A DNA stretch of 63,550 nt, filler included, from Licmophora abbreviata (lineage: Eukaryota): assembly GCA_900291995.1 (NCBI GenBank). It is 17 parts of 17 records of this genome, joined end to end, with 100 filler letters (N's around TTAATTAATTAA, not from the genome) between each part and the next. Parts side by side here need not be neighbours in the genome. Positions count along the whole stretch, not along the records: positions 32,288 to 44,002 come from OLMU01005283.1; positions 44,103 to 49,182 come from OLMU01005284.1; positions 49,283 to 50,871 come from OLMU01005285.1; positions 50,972 to 52,996 come from OLMU01005286.1; positions 53,097 to 54,553 come from OLMU01005287.1; positions 54,654 to 61,392 come from OLMU01005288.1; 11 more parts are not named here. The stretch is one strand, 5' to 3'. The notes under the pieces are model-generated. The model saw only the letters and a list, made by a program, of their open reading frames with translations. It was not told the origin of the DNA and did no database searches. Made by a program: the position numbers and the translations under genes. Shown piece by piece: positions 43,496 through 56,560 of this stretch; position 1 is the first letter of the stretch; each line of letters opens with the position of its first letter.

Positions 43496-44975
43496 GCTTG
43501 AGGTTTGAAACGTAGGAGCGATATCGATTGTCCTTTGCGACTGATCTGAACTTGGAACGGTCGTTCGTTCCAACCAATTTATGAAAGCAGCAGTGCGTTG
43601 TGCAATCCACTCCTGGGCACCTTCAACGCAGCACTCCCGTGTGAGCAGCAAAATGGGTCTGATTCGACAAGTCTCCGCGGGTTGAATGGATACGCCGCTT
43701 GAGGCGAGACTTGCCAAATTTATGTAGGGTTCGGAGCCGGGAACGGAAACTTCTCTACCCATACTTCCGTTCTCAGTCATCCGTTGAATGTTTGATCTAC
43801 AGGAAATATTCAAATACAACCTTCAGATCGAAAGACCTTTGATTACGAACGACCTCGTTAAGTAGAAAGCTAAACTACTCGCAATTTTTTTCTCGCGCCA
43901 AAAGTATCGACATTTTTAGCTCGCTACATAGAAACGTGAACCTGGACTCAAGTAGATCCTGTACAATAGCACTCTTCAAAATGTAATACACATAAAAGTC
44001 AGNNNNNNNNNNNNNNNNNNNNNNNNNNNNNNNNNNNNNNNNNNNNTTAATTAATTAANNNNNNNNNNNNNNNNNNNNNNNNNNNNNNNNNNNNNNNNNN
44101 NNCCATACCTGCAATCAAAATTTCAACATACTCAAAGAAAATATATTTGTATTAAAGTTTGAACATATTTATATGTCACACTCTTGGTATCGACAATACG
44201 TCGATGTACATACGATAGTACATACCATGATGGCTGGTAAGAGGCGAACACTGGCAATTTTGGCGGGCAACATGGTGCGCGCTCTCACTCGTCAGAGCTC
44301 ACTTAAAAGAAGACCACTTTGTCGTAGCTTCGGGCCTAACAAGCGCAACCATGAAGAAGCTCCTTCTGGTGAGGCGTCCGCCTGTTGGCATAATACTACT
44401 AAAAGCGATTGATGGAGACAGAGATGCGGCGTTGAACTGCAAACGAATACACAATTGCAGAATGGACACCGCTATACCGTAGTTTTAATTCTCCATTACG
44501 AGAGTTGCTAGTCTGCGCTCCCGCGGAAATACTCACCGGTTGGAGCTCGGAAGTGACTTGATTTCAGTTATAAACTCTTACGAGTACACTCTAAGAACAT
44601 CGTACGATCTTACAAGAAGCGTGCTTGATTTGATACGGGGTTATGTGATTCTAGAGAGAGTGTGCTTGTTGGTAGTCGAAATGAAAATGAGATTTTACTG
44701 GTAATCCAATCTAGCAAACGAATACCTTAACTCGACAAGCTCTGGAGGCATTCTCGAGATGCTGTAGGTTGCCCCTCGCGTAGGCCATGTCTGTCATCCG
44801 TTGAAATACCGATTTAGCCAAAATATTCTCAATTTCAATGACGCATACTCGACTCGCATATTTCTCTGTGGGGCATACGGTTGCGATTCTATCTTCTGCG
44901 GTAAAACGAAACAGCTTGCCTCCTTCATCTACGGTCCGACTCTATTCGAGTTGTCGCAAGGCACTCCTTGTCGCG

Positions 44976-47900
44976 TCATTGGGGTCCAATCAGGGACAAT
45001 AGGACGGGAAACAAGATCAATCCATGAGCAAGCCCCAACAACACAATACCAGCAAAAGTAATAAAGATAGTGCGGAAAACAAGAATCGACGCGAAGGCAA
45101 GAGGTAAGGTGCCAAGAAAGGTACTCAGTCCACCTGTGTCGTGGTTGGACGCCGCAGTGTGAGAGAATACTGAAAAAAATTCTGTCTACGGATAAGCAAC
45201 GAGCCCCATACCTAGCAACACCGAGGCACCCATGGTGCGAAGTACATCCTTTGTCTTCTCTAGCCTGCCAATCTCGGTTGACGCAAAGTACTTGTGAGCC
45301 ACGTGCATAACAAAGTCAACTAGTAGACCAATCGACATCGTCAGGGCCACGTATGTTACTGTAGTGCGCACGCGAAGAGTGAGAAGTGCATGAGTGATTC
45401 GATTCGAATCGAATCGAACGGCTGCGGCGACACTGATTCCGAAGTCTACTGCTTACCTCCGTCGAGAGAGACACCGGCAAATTGCAGAAGTCCCATTAGA
45501 TCAACATACAGGACGCTGACCAGCGGGCCAATGAATAGGATTCCTGACCAATGCGGAATAAAGAGTAGCGCCATAGCCGAGACTGCGCTGATCCCTAGGA
45601 TAGCTGTAAGCGTCAATTCGTCAACAATTCCAGCCAAAAACTCCCAAGTAATGTAAGTTTGGGTGAAGGTAAAGAATGGCCAATCGCCGCCATTCTGGTT
45701 GATCGGCTGTTCGCGTCCAATCTTTCTCTGGCCGTGGAAAGCCCGTAGCTGTTCATCTATGTCCGTCTGATTCAGCTGTGAAATATACATGAACAAAGAC
45801 GAATTTGAGATCAAACAGCGACAAGATCAGGGTTGAAGCAAATCCGTTCAACCGAGGACGATACTCACATTGTGCATGCTGAGAGTGGTCCGAGAAGCCA
45901 TTATGTTTCCTTCCGCATCATACTTAAAGTCGTTTCGATATCGTCTGTACTGATCCTCGCCTAGAAAGCGAAGCATAGTATCCGCGAATGACAAGCCATC
46001 CAGTATCTCCTGGTTCGCAGCGGAGTAAACATTGAAATCGTCCAACCAGAAATTGATCGGGCGTTCCGTGACAGATTCCAGGCCCACAAGGTCAGTCACG
46101 TAGCTGTCCATCTGAAGCCGAATCATCGGGTCCGAGTGGTCCACATTGCGAAAGTAGACCGTGGGGGTGATACTTGCTGCCTCGGTGTACTCTTTCAATG
46201 CGTCAAAGAACGGGATTATATATGAGTCACGAGCGAGCATATCAGTGAAGTCGAATTCAAGCTTCAGCTGCGAGGCACTGAGTGCGAAAACACCCAATAG
46301 ACCCGTGAAAGACACCAGGACCAGTGCTTTCACCCACGGCTTGAGCAATTTATCCGCGTACCAGTCCATACATTTTTCAGCAACGTGCATCTTGCGGTCG
46401 CTGTTAACCTCTTCGCCTTCAATTCCCGGATTCTTGACGGTAAAACAGACCAACCAGTCACGTCTCTTGTCTTGGACACGCCGTTCATCGATGACGACAA
46501 GGGCAATGAAAAAAGTTATTTGAAAAATGAAATCGATCGCAATCATAGGAGCTGCGTATATGCAAAGCCATCGGATAGCCGGAAGACTGGACAAGCACCC
46601 GAGAGCGAAAGCGAAAACGCTCGTTGATGTCGTCATTAGAATGCTCATTCCTACCTCTTCCATCGTGTCACGCACCCGATCGACTACATCCTTTCTTCGG
46701 GTAGTCCTCCCATATGCGTGCATCAAAATGAAGGCGTCGTCTATGGGTTATACAGAAAATATGGGAAGACGAGTGAGACCTTTGCCTTGGATACAAGCGA
46801 GTCAATCAACGAAAGAGAGACGGATTGGTTGAAAGACGTACCAAGTCCAATGCCAAACAAGATGAAGGGCAACACCTGCGACAAGCATGGGTGTTTGATA
46901 GGAGCGTAAGCTTTCGGAGCTACGAGCACGTCGGACATGGGAGTTTTAGCACTGAACGTACCTGTGTCAATGTTGTAAGGGTACGCCAAACACCCACATT
47001 AATCCATTTCCGGCAAGGATGGCCAATAGGACGCAAGACACCGCACCAAATCCCAATAGGCTTTGAGAATGGACCCAGTCGCACTTGGAGAAGGCGATGC
47101 ACGTGAATACGCACATGATGACAAATACAATGGGGACCAAGGGAAGATCCCCCAACACGCTTCGATTAATTTCGTCAGCGAAGGTCTGCCAGCTAAACAC
47201 TTCGAGCCCATATTCATTGTCGACCTCGTCGTTCCATTCATCACGTAGTGTGAGCAGTTTGTTAATCATGTTTTTGATGAGGTTCAGCCTGCCTGCACCT
47301 CGGTCGATCTCAAAGACGGTGAGGTACGACTGCCCTGACACGATCGTGCCGTCAGCACTAAATTCGGCGCGGCCAATAACATCCTTGACGCTGAACTGCT
47401 CAAACTCGCCCGGAAATGTGTCCACCGAGAGCTGTCGCTTGACATCCTGGTCCGAGAGGGCGATCCTTTCAAACACCGTATAATTATTCCACCAGAAAGT
47501 CGTAGGACCAGCGATCTGACATACCGGCTCCACATTGTCACCGAACGGGATGCCATGAATTTCACAAACGAACTCGCAGCCCCGCGGACAGGGGGAAGAT
47601 CCTCCGTTCCGCGCGCAGAACTTGTCGTATTTGGGCCATCGCTGCACAAAATCAATAGCATCGAAATTCTTCCTCTGTCCTTCTAGGCTGACAATGTTGT
47701 CACCCTTTTTGTTGAACACAATGATCGTTACTCGCTTGCCATCGTTCGCCTCGAGGAGTCTTCTACCGTCGCTACTCGTACTGTCTCCCTTCCAAGTGTT
47801 CTCCACCCATGCCTCGTGTGCCTCCGTCCGACTGCCAATGGGCTTCCAGAGTACAGTGTCCCGGTTCTCTATTTGAAAGTTGGTGAAATATCCTGCAGCT

Positions 47901-48540
47901 GCCAGGCCGAATGACAATCCAATGATGCCCACAATGTACTTTCGAGGATGTCTTGCAGCACTCATAGCGAGAGCAACGAGCCCAAGCTTCAAGGGCCTGG
48001 AAAGACATTCCTGCGCACGGATCCAGCGTTCGGTGAACGTCGGTTCCTCATTGCTACTACTGAGATTCTCTCTTCCTTTTCGTACACTAGCGGGCTTTTC
48101 ATTCTCTGATGAGCCGTCCGAGGAAGACTTGCCTGTCGTCGTGACGGTGTCGCCGCCTTCTTCTGTTGGGACCACGGCGGTGTTCTGTGGATCGTCACGG
48201 ATAATCCTGGCGTCCCCTCTTCGGGTTCGCTCTCTAGTAGTAGCCTGGCGACGACTGGATCCCTCGTGTACTCGGTGTTCTGAATTAGAAGACAGAGAAA
48301 TGGTTCGAGAGAGAGATAGGAACCCCAACAGAAGTGTAAGACGGTGGAGGGTACAAAGTGAAGGCAGTATTTTCTATTTTCAATTTCAGTGAGTGTATCA
48401 AACGAGCTGCATGATGATTCGAAGACAAATTTCACCAAACAAAACCACGTACCATCCTCATGACTCATTTTCCAGTGCAGATCAAAGTCCGAGTCCGACA
48501 TGGCCAAGGGCCTGGCTTTCTTCTTGCCGGCGGTGGTCAT
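44976..48540 (-). CDS. Patched/NPC1-like sterol-sensing-domain (RND-type) membrane protein; about six introns; apparent frameshift at 46977-46978
   Basis: Spliced GIGL|DDAFIL SSD motif, TTSTSVFAF, FQITFF, IGLLVDFVMH, GASVLLG|GLSTFLG, HGLILFPVLLS. First intron 48280-48452. Confidence 0.85.
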
Positions 48541-48861
48541 CGTGAGAGTCGCGATAAATGAAAATAGACTAAATTCCGACGAGACATTGCGCACCCCGGT
48601 ACCTCCGGGTTCTCCTCAGGTGGGTTAGCTCAATACGAGCGGTGCTGCAGACTTCGTCTCAACTTTCACTGATACTCGTAGACTGCACCTGGTCGACCTA
48701 CAGCATTATCGTTCTATGTGTCGGGATACCAAAGACAGTATGTCGTCCAAGTGCTGCTGCTGCTGCTGCTGCTGTTGTTACACTAGAAAGTCTTTGTTGA
48801 AAATGTGTCGCCGTCCTTGTTGGAACGGTATTCTTCGAATATTTATACACGATGTTGCACG

Positions 48862-50480
48862 TCATGGCCTAGCCGCAAACTTGAACCGAATTCCATTTCG
48901 TGGCCGTCGTGTCAGCCTGCAGATATCAGCAGGTTCTCCCTTCTCCAGGCACGTCACCTTGAACCGCCTCAAGAGCGGGGCCACAAGCGACAGAGCCTCA
49001 GCTCGAGCTAGTTTGCCTCCGATGCAGTTGCGAGGCCCCGCGGAAAAGGCCTGGAACGTCATTGGGTCCGTAACAACGTTCCTCTGAAAGCGAGAAGGGT
49101 CAAAGGTCTCTGGGTCCGACCAATAGTTCTCATTTCGATGAAGGGAGAACGATGGAATAAGAACTGTAGATCTCGCAGGAAGNNNNNNNNNNNNNNNNNN
49201 NNNNNNNNNNNNNNNNNNNNNNNNNNTTAATTAATTAANNNNNNNNNNNNNNNNNNNNNNNNNNNNNNNNNNNNNNNNNNNNCTGGGTGCTTTCGATTTG
49301 TTTCTTTCCAGGTGCAGTCCAAAAGAGGGAGCTGGTTGTTGATGATATCGGGGTCCCTCGGAAAGTCATTTCTGCCAGGCAACACCGCCATGGCTTCTTC
49401 GTACAGGGCGTGCTGGAGGTCGTCGTTTTGGGAGACTTCGTACAAGAGCCAAGAGAGTGTGTGCGCTGTCGTATCATGACCCGCAAAAATAAAAGTCAAG
49501 AGTTGACTCTTGACATCCTCTCTCCGAATCAGCCCACTCTCCTCGGCATCCAACAAAATGTTGACCATATTGGTACTATCATCCAATATTCCATCATTGG
49601 CTTCTTGACCATCGGCTCGCTCTCGTTTCCTCTGCAGAATGCAATCCTCCAGAAAATCGTCCACGATGGCTTTCGCTTCCTGCACTTTGCGTCCAGGTGG
49701 AAACAGTCGTATCCAACGATTTGGAAGCGTCATTTGTCGAACTGCTTCCTTGGTCAAGACTCGGAGTGACTTGGAGAACGGAACCTCCGAGCGTTCCGAT
49801 GCCAAGAGTCGATCGCAGACTCCAAAGCTACTCCCGAGTAGAACCAACCCAATCGTATCCAGCGTGACACTCGTAAAGACCCGATCCATTTCGACAACTC
49901 GATCCATCAAGGCCGCATTCTCCAACATGCCAAAGACAGGCGCCGCACCCCTCTCAAACTTGGGAGCCAAGTCCCCAACCACAGCTTCCGCCAAGGCCGG
50001 AGCTGTCATGCGTCTCTCCTCGACCCATCTTTTCCAAGGAGCCGCTAGAATTCCTCCCCTCCCACCGAATAGAAATCGATAGCCAAACTTGACCTGAGGG
50101 GTCTTTTCGAGATTGTGCGTCTCTAAAACGTCGCGAATCATATCAGCGTCGTGAAGGACAACGTACTTGTTGCCAATGATGAAGCAGTCTCCGTGTCTTT
50201 TCATCAAGTGATACAGATAGCGATGTGTCTGGCCTCGATAGGATTCGAAGAGGAACCGCAAACTGACTGTCGAGGGCAGAGACTTCGGGTGTCGTATCGT
50301 CGAAGGGGAGTGAGCGGATGGATGAAGCGGGCTCGCGGTCGCTCTTGCTCTGAGGAGGAAGCCTTGGGGCGCACCGTTATTACACGTGACGCCGCTGCAG
50401 TAGCGGGGAGAAAACGCCTTTGTGGCAGTAGTACAGAAGCAGCAGAGCAGACATACCATCAGGCCCGCAAAGGAGGCCAT
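48862..50480 (-). CDS. Cytochrome P450 with signal/plastid-type presequence; spans the gap at 49183
   Basis: I-helix AGHDTT, ExxR (ETNR), WSDPETFDPSRF, heme motif FSAGPRNCIG; N-terminus ..TKA-FSP. Confidence 0.92.
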
Positions 50481-51034
50481 GGTGATGATGCTTGTGATCT
50501 ACCGGTATGCTGTTGTGCAAGCTTCAAGTCAGTCTCAAAAATCCAAATTCGCTGAGCCATTTTACATTTTAGTTTTGCTGAAAATGTCATTGCTCGTCCA
50601 GCGCGCCAAAATCGTGAGAGTGCGCACATTAGCATAGATTTAGTAAGTACTTGTACCGCAGTACGTATATGGAATATTGAAACGGCCAGTTTGTGATGTC
50701 AAAAAATCCAAAATCCAAAATCCAAACGCAGCTCCCAGCTCGATGGCGCCTCCATCCTCCATTCCCTTTCCTGATTTTCACTCACTCTTTAGCTCGTCGA
50801 GAGCCAACTCCTTCCCGTTCACATTGAAGATGCACATCCGCCCTATGATGACGAGAAGAGTCTCTCTGTTTNNNNNNNNNNNNNNNNNNNNNNNNNNNNN
50901 NNNNNNNNNNNNNNNTTAATTAATTAANNNNNNNNNNNNNNNNNNNNNNNNNNNNNNNNNNNNNNNNNNNNGATGCACATCCGCCCTATGATGACGAGAA
51001 GAGTCTCTCTGTTTCAGATGAACCGCGAGGATTC

Positions 51035-52372
51035 TTGCCGTCGGTAGTACCAGGTCGTCAAGAAACCATGGCGGCGTCCGCTAGCATTTCTGTCCTCGGA
51101 GGTCTTTTGGAAAGCTTTCCAATCCATCAGCGGCCCTACCGCTATATTCTCCTCTATCTTGCACTAATCCTCATTGCGAACCGCTTGACCGATTGTCATT
51201 TTGTGGATGCGGACGACTCCGTTCCTCAGTACGATGTTCTCACGAACTTCTACCGCCTCCACGCCTGTGGCCCCCGCGAATTCCGGACCTTCCGGTTGTC
51301 TCCCCGCGAGCGTCAAATCATGTTTGCTCTGGAGATTCTGGGGATCTTTGGCTTTGTTCTCCCTCACCTCCTGCAACGCGATGGAGCCGCGCGTCATTTT
51401 GCGAATGCAAAGGTCCTTCGGGTCCTTATTGTGCACGTTTGTTTGGGAGGAATTGTGGTCCTCGCCTATCCCATCCTGGGAATGTTTGGCGGTATCGACA
51501 AGGATGGGGTCTTTATGAAGGTCCTCATGGCCCTTGACCTTCTGCACTGTATCACCGCCATTCGTCTTTTGAAGAATCACGACGGTACGTTTGCTTTGAG
51601 GATTGGAAACTTTTTGGCCGTTATTACCAAGTACCTCGTCTGGGTCAACCTCGCTCGACATGACAACGACGACAAGCACGGTGTTGTGGATCTACTTTTC
51701 GTTGTATCCTTCGGATTCATGGGCAGCCGCATCGCGGCGGTGATGGGGGCCGTAGCCTGTTTGATGACAGGAAGCGGCGACGCGTACTTTCTAGAGCACT
51801 ACTACTCGGTGGGCGTGGCGCTGGCCCAGTTTCATTCGATACTCCGTATTCCAGGAGCCATCAAGATTTGGCTCTCGACGGCACCTCTTGTCAGCTTTGT
51901 GTATTATCATGAACTGTGGAGGCAGAGTACCAGGATGCGATTCGTCGCCATCAACGTTGTGGGTTCTTGTCTGGCGCTCGCCTTTCTCAACCAATACGCC
52001 CAGCTCGCGTACATTGTCTTGTATCATCTATACTGCTTCAGCATGCCCATTTTCTACCGCATGCCTGCAATGGCGGCAGCAGGAACTGTGGAGGAATACA
52101 AGATTTCCCAAGACAAGGGTCTTGCAGTGATCTACAGGCGCACGAGTGTCGCGGCGATGGACGTGATGAAAAGCTTTCATATGGGCCATGCGGAAACGAC
52201 CGTCGGGAGCAGTCGTCTTGGACGAACGAATGAAAGTGGTAAGATGACCTTCGGAAGTGGCTCGGCGTGGGTACCCAGTATCTCGTATCGGCTTTTGGGC
52301 GATGAAGATGAGGTTACAGAACTTCTCCGAAATGTGGAAGAGGAAGACCAACAGGGTGAGAAGGAGGATTAG
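51035..52372 (+). CDS. Multi-pass membrane protein of unknown function; start uncertain
   Basis: 445-aa ORF with many hydrophobic segments and several His residues in or near them. Confidence 0.65.
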   Translation: MPSVVPGRQETMAASASISVLGGLLESFPIHQRPYRYILLYLALILIANRLTDCHFVDADDSVPQYDVLTNFYRLHACGPREFRTFRLSPRERQIMFALEILGIFGFVLPHLLQRDGAARHFANAKVLRVLIVHVCLGGIVVLAYPILGMFGGIDKDGVFMKVLMALDLLHCITAIRLLKNHDGTFALRIGNFLAVITKYLVWVNLARHDNDDKHGVVDLLFVVSFGFMGSRIAAVMGAVACLMTGSGDAYFLEHYYSVGVALAQFHSILRIPGAIKIWLSTAPLVSFVYYHELWRQSTRMRFVAINVVGSCLALAFLNQYAQLAYIVLYHLYCFSMPIFYRMPAMAAAGTVEEYKISQDKGLAVIYRRTSVAAMDVMKSFHMGHAETTVGSSRLGRTNESGKMTFGSGSAWVPSISYRLLGDEDEVTELLRNVEEEDQQGEKED

Positions 52373-53156
52373 AAGTGGGTGCACCTCGCGATTGCTGGGC
52401 GAGTCGGCGGAGACGACGCGGGAGTACAAGGAACGCCATGCCGATCGCGACGGCATACTTGTCGTTTTAGAATGAGCACACACGCCGGGGAAGCAGGAAG
52501 AGGAGGGTAAAGAGATCGTGACCCGCCAGGCCAGAACAGGAATCTGTCACCTCTTTTGGTTGACTAGCGAATATTTCGAGGGGGGCTGAATATGCTTCAA
52601 TGACGATTGCAGTCTATCTGCATCTGCAGTCGATCTTCATCCTAGAGAAGCGTCGAGTTAGTCATGATGGATTCAATGATGATAGGGGAGACGATCTCGT
52701 ACATTTCCACAGTGCCAGCGTACTTGCACGAAGCTATTGCGTAGGGTTTCCTCTACAAGAGAATGAAGAGTTTCAAGTGTGGAGTCTGCTACTCAAGGTC
52801 AAGCGACAGGTTGAGCAGTGTGTCTCTAAATAATCCAGTCGATCCTTTTCTCATCTTTAGTCACCGACTCGAGCGCCCCACCGACACGTTGCCTATACAA
52901 CCTACGCAATCTCACGCTGCCTCGTCCCTGTCGTCCAACTCCTCTCTCTTCGCCAAATCTAATCTCTCTCTCTAGCTCTCTCTCTCTCTCTTCGACNNNN
53001 NNNNNNNNNNNNNNNNNNNNNNNNNNNNNNNNNNNNNNNNTTAATTAATTAANNNNNNNNNNNNNNNNNNNNNNNNNNNNNNNNNNNNNNNNNNNNTCTC
53101 TCTCTCTTCGACACTCACAAACACAAGTTCCTTACACTGCTCTAGACCTATTCAAT

Positions 53157-54237
53157 TTAAAACACCACCCAATCTTCTTCCGTAAATCCCATTTCCTTCA
53201 ACGCCGGCAAACACGCCATACGAATCATGGGCGGCGGTCCACACATGAAGGTTTGCACGCCATGTTTGAATCCATCCGGCGCACTGAAGAGATGCTTCTG
53301 TACCATATCTTTGGTGATGAATCCCTTGCTGTACTTCCAATTTTGGGGAGGACGATCGAGAGTGTAATGGAGTTGGAAGCGATCGGGAAACTGCTTGGCG
53401 AGCGACTCGAGTTCTTCCTGTACCAAAATGTCATCTTTTGCTGCAATAAAAAAACAACAGTAGCAACAATATATAACAGCAAAGTGTCAGTCTCGTCCTC
53501 TTACACTCACAACTCGCACAATCACTCATGACTCTATTCTACGAGTGCTCACTTTGATTGGCATACAACAGTTTGACGTTGGTGTGATCCGCTGGATTGG
53601 GAAAGATGGCATGGAGGATTTGCAGCATGGGCGTAATGCCCGTCCCACCCGCAATCAAGTTTAGATTCTTGACATTGCGAGACTTCATTTCCTTTTTCGT
53701 CTCCTTGAGCTGAAAGATGCCACTTCCCTGCCACCACAAGTGTCCCTTGGGACCCCTCATTTGAATGGTGTCCCCAATGTTTAGAGTATCGAGGTGTTGC
53801 GACATCTTTCCGCCCTGTGGGAACTTGTCGTTGGGTCTGTATACCTTAATGACAAAGGAAACTTTACCAAAGTCCGAATTGGTCGTGACGGGCGTATAGC
53901 TGCGTTGGTGCGACTTTCCAGTGGAGGCTTCTGTAAAACGGAGCGTCATGTGCTGTCCCACCGGCAGTCCTAGCGTATGCGCGGGACTGGGCAGGGCAAA
54001 AGTGAATCGGCGTGTATCGTGCGACAAAATGTCCTTTTGAATCAATGGAAAGTCCGCAAACTCAATCGCCCCCTGTTTGAGGAGAGTATTGGGATGACTT
54101 CGTTTTTGACCAATGACCCAGAGGAGCATGGTGACAACGACAACGAAGACGGCCATGGTCGCATTTTCGCTTGTGAAATTGGAAGAGTCCAAGAGGGACT
54201 CGAAGAGGGACGGGGCTGAGGATGATGATGAAGTCAT
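53157..54237 (-). CDS. NADH-cytochrome b5 reductase; intron 53441-53552
   Basis: LGLPVGQH, RSYTP, GGKMSQHL, IAGGTGITPM, YAN..T.DDIL, CGPPPM; N-terminal membrane anchor. Confidence 0.95.
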
Positions 54238-54818
54238 TTGTTTTTGTTTGTTTGTAGAGTAAAAAGTACGTCGCAAGACTCTTGCTTGCTGCTGCTACAG
54301 TAGTGTTGTTGCAGAATACGAATGTGCAAGGAGAGGACGACAGCAAACAAGCAACTGCAACACACTCATCACAGTCTTGCTGCCTTGTGAGAAAGCGGGT
54401 TGACGTTTTCGGTTCCAGTTTTCAGACGGTCCACGGAGGGACACTGACGTACGCGTGGTCTGTCTGTCACCTCCAGTTCGCCAATGACGGCGCGCCAAAC
54501 GCATACGTGTTCTCCGGGTTCCCGTGTACCTTGCATTCTCCAAACTCAATACGNNNNNNNNNNNNNNNNNNNNNNNNNNNNNNNNNNNNNNNNNNNNTTA
54601 ATTAATTAANNNNNNNNNNNNNNNNNNNNNNNNNNNNNNNNNNNNNNNNNNNNCATTCTCCAAACTCAATACGCGGCACTTGAAAGTCGTCGAGAAGAGC
54701 GCCACGGCGTCGTTTGGCAGTTTGTATGATACCGGCTTGCCTGTTAGTAAAGAAGACTGGGTGAAATTCTAGAACAAAGAACGATCCTTGCTAAACTTTG
54801 GTTTGCTTTCTTCGAACC

Positions 54819-56180
54819 ATGAAGTCTTACTGTGCCCTCCCCTGCTTGCTGATACTGCTGTTGACAACTACGAGTGACGCCTTTGTCCAATTCACTCCCA
54901 AACACAGCAGACCATCGTCGTCGTCGTCCTTCGTTGCTACTACACGCTCTCAACGACGACGAGAGTCGCCAAGTACTGGTACTTTGCTTCGCAGTACTAG
55001 TGCAAGTGAATCTACTACTTCCAAAACGGACGCCTCGTCGTCCTCCTCTACCCCGGGCGATGACTCTTCTCCCACTACTACTGCTGCTGCTACTACACTC
55101 CAGGGCGACTACTACAAGTCCCTTCAGCAAATCAAGCTTCTCCTCACCAAGTCTATCGGTGGCAATCCATACGGAGATGCCATGATGCCCTTGTTGCATC
55201 ACTTTGCGCAAGAGTACATGATGGCCGCGCAGACGCATACGACTACTACTAGTACTCCCAGCGAGGCTGTCACCGCGCAAGCCACCATGGAACGCTTCCT
55301 ACAGGGCATCGAGTTGGGGGTCAAGTTTGGTATGGGTGAGGACAAGTACACATTCGGGAGCAGTCACAAGGCCTTAAGGGGTAAGAATCCAGACAAGGAA
55401 AATGGCAATACCTACGATTTCTACAAGTTTGGTTGTGACTTCTTCCGGCCCTGTATGGATATGGAGAGGAGTGCCGTGCGAGGGGAGGAGCACTTGGCCG
55501 AGGCCATGGACAAGATTGCCCAGGGGGAGAATGTTGTCTTTCTTGCTAATCATCAGAGCGAGGCGGATCCGCAAGTCTTGTCGTGTTTGTTGGAAACCAT
55601 GGGCTACGGCTCGCAGGCGGAACATATTACCTACGTGGCAGGACACAAGGTCACGACGGACGCACTCGCTATTCCATTCAGTATGGGACGAAACCTCATT
55701 TGCATTCATTCCAAGAAACATATTGACAGCGATCCGGAAACGAAACCGCGCAAGCAAAAACAGAATCTCGTGGCCATGGGCAGCATGTTGTCCTTTCTCA
55801 AAAAGGGAGGTGCCATGTTGTGGGTCGCGCCCAGTGGAGGGCGGGATCGGAGGGATCCGGAAACCAACACGGTGCCCATTGCGCCGTTTGATAGCAAGAC
55901 CATTGACATGTTCCGTCTAATGGGAAACAAATCCAAAAAGCCGACGCACTACTATCCTCTTGCCATGGTGTCGTATGACTTGTGCCCGCCTCCGGACTTT
56001 ACGGAAAGTGCGGTCGGTGAAGAGAGAAATGTTCGATTCGTGCCAGTGGGGATCGCGTGTGGACCGGAACTATCGAGCGTCGGGGGATTGGAGGGACGGC
56101 ATGAGTTCTGTCGTCATGCGCAGGAAGTGTGTGAAGAAGAATATAGTAAGGTGTTGGAAGAAATCAAGGCGTCAGAGTGA
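54819..56180 (+). CDS. Plastid glycerol-3-phosphate acyltransferase (ATS1-type GPAT)
   Basis: Signal peptide ending SDA-F; NHQSEADP, PFSMGRNLICIHSKKH, WVAPSGGRDR. Confidence 0.95.
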   Translation: MKSYCALPCLLILLLTTTSDAFVQFTPKHSRPSSSSSFVATTRSQRRRESPSTGTLLRSTSASESTTSKTDASSSSSTPGDDSSPTTTAAATTLQGDYYKSLQQIKLLLTKSIGGNPYGDAMMPLLHHFAQEYMMAAQTHTTTTSTPSEAVTAQATMERFLQGIELGVKFGMGEDKYTFGSSHKALRGKNPDKENGNTYDFYKFGCDFFRPCMDMERSAVRGEEHLAEAMDKIAQGENVVFLANHQSEADPQVLSCLLETMGYGSQAEHITYVAGHKVTTDALAIPFSMGRNLICIHSKKHIDSDPETKPRKQKQNLVAMGSMLSFLKKGGAMLWVAPSGGRDRRDPETNTVPIAPFDSKTIDMFRLMGNKSKKPTHYYPLAMVSYDLCPPPDFTESAVGEERNVRFVPVGIACGPELSSVGGLEGRHEFCRHAQEVCEEEYSKVLEEIKASE

Positions 56181-56560
56181 TTGTGATCATCGTGGAAGCC
56201 CGATGATGTTTACACATCCTACTCTAACATTGCATAGCATTGCAGGTCTTTAGAGTCGTACGAACTCGTGTTAGTAACGAAAAGGGGCTTGAGACTGATC
56301 GATGGTGTGTCGTGACTGCTCTATCGTACGGTAGAGAAGTAGCGGAAGTATTACGACTAGCACTGATCAAATGGGAGGAGCATGAAATGTTCAGGAAGCA
56401 GAAAGTTGTTGTCGTTCTTGCGTTCCCAGTGTACTACCGCTACAGCTACAGTCATCCTCCAGACCACCGGAGGCTCTCGCATGATACAGAGGGTTGGCCA
56501 GCTTGTTGACGACACGCCCCATCAATGCTATCCGATTCTCGACTAGCGCGCGACTGTAGA

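Noticed and set aside
43820..44970. Gene-poor stretch as a possible mobile element or RNA gene
   Set aside because: I could not recognise terminal repeats, transposase or RT motifs, or tRNA/rRNA features.
48752..48778. Poly-Cys ORF 48716..49087
   Set aside because: Produced by a (CTG)n microsatellite downstream of the P450; no other coding evidence.
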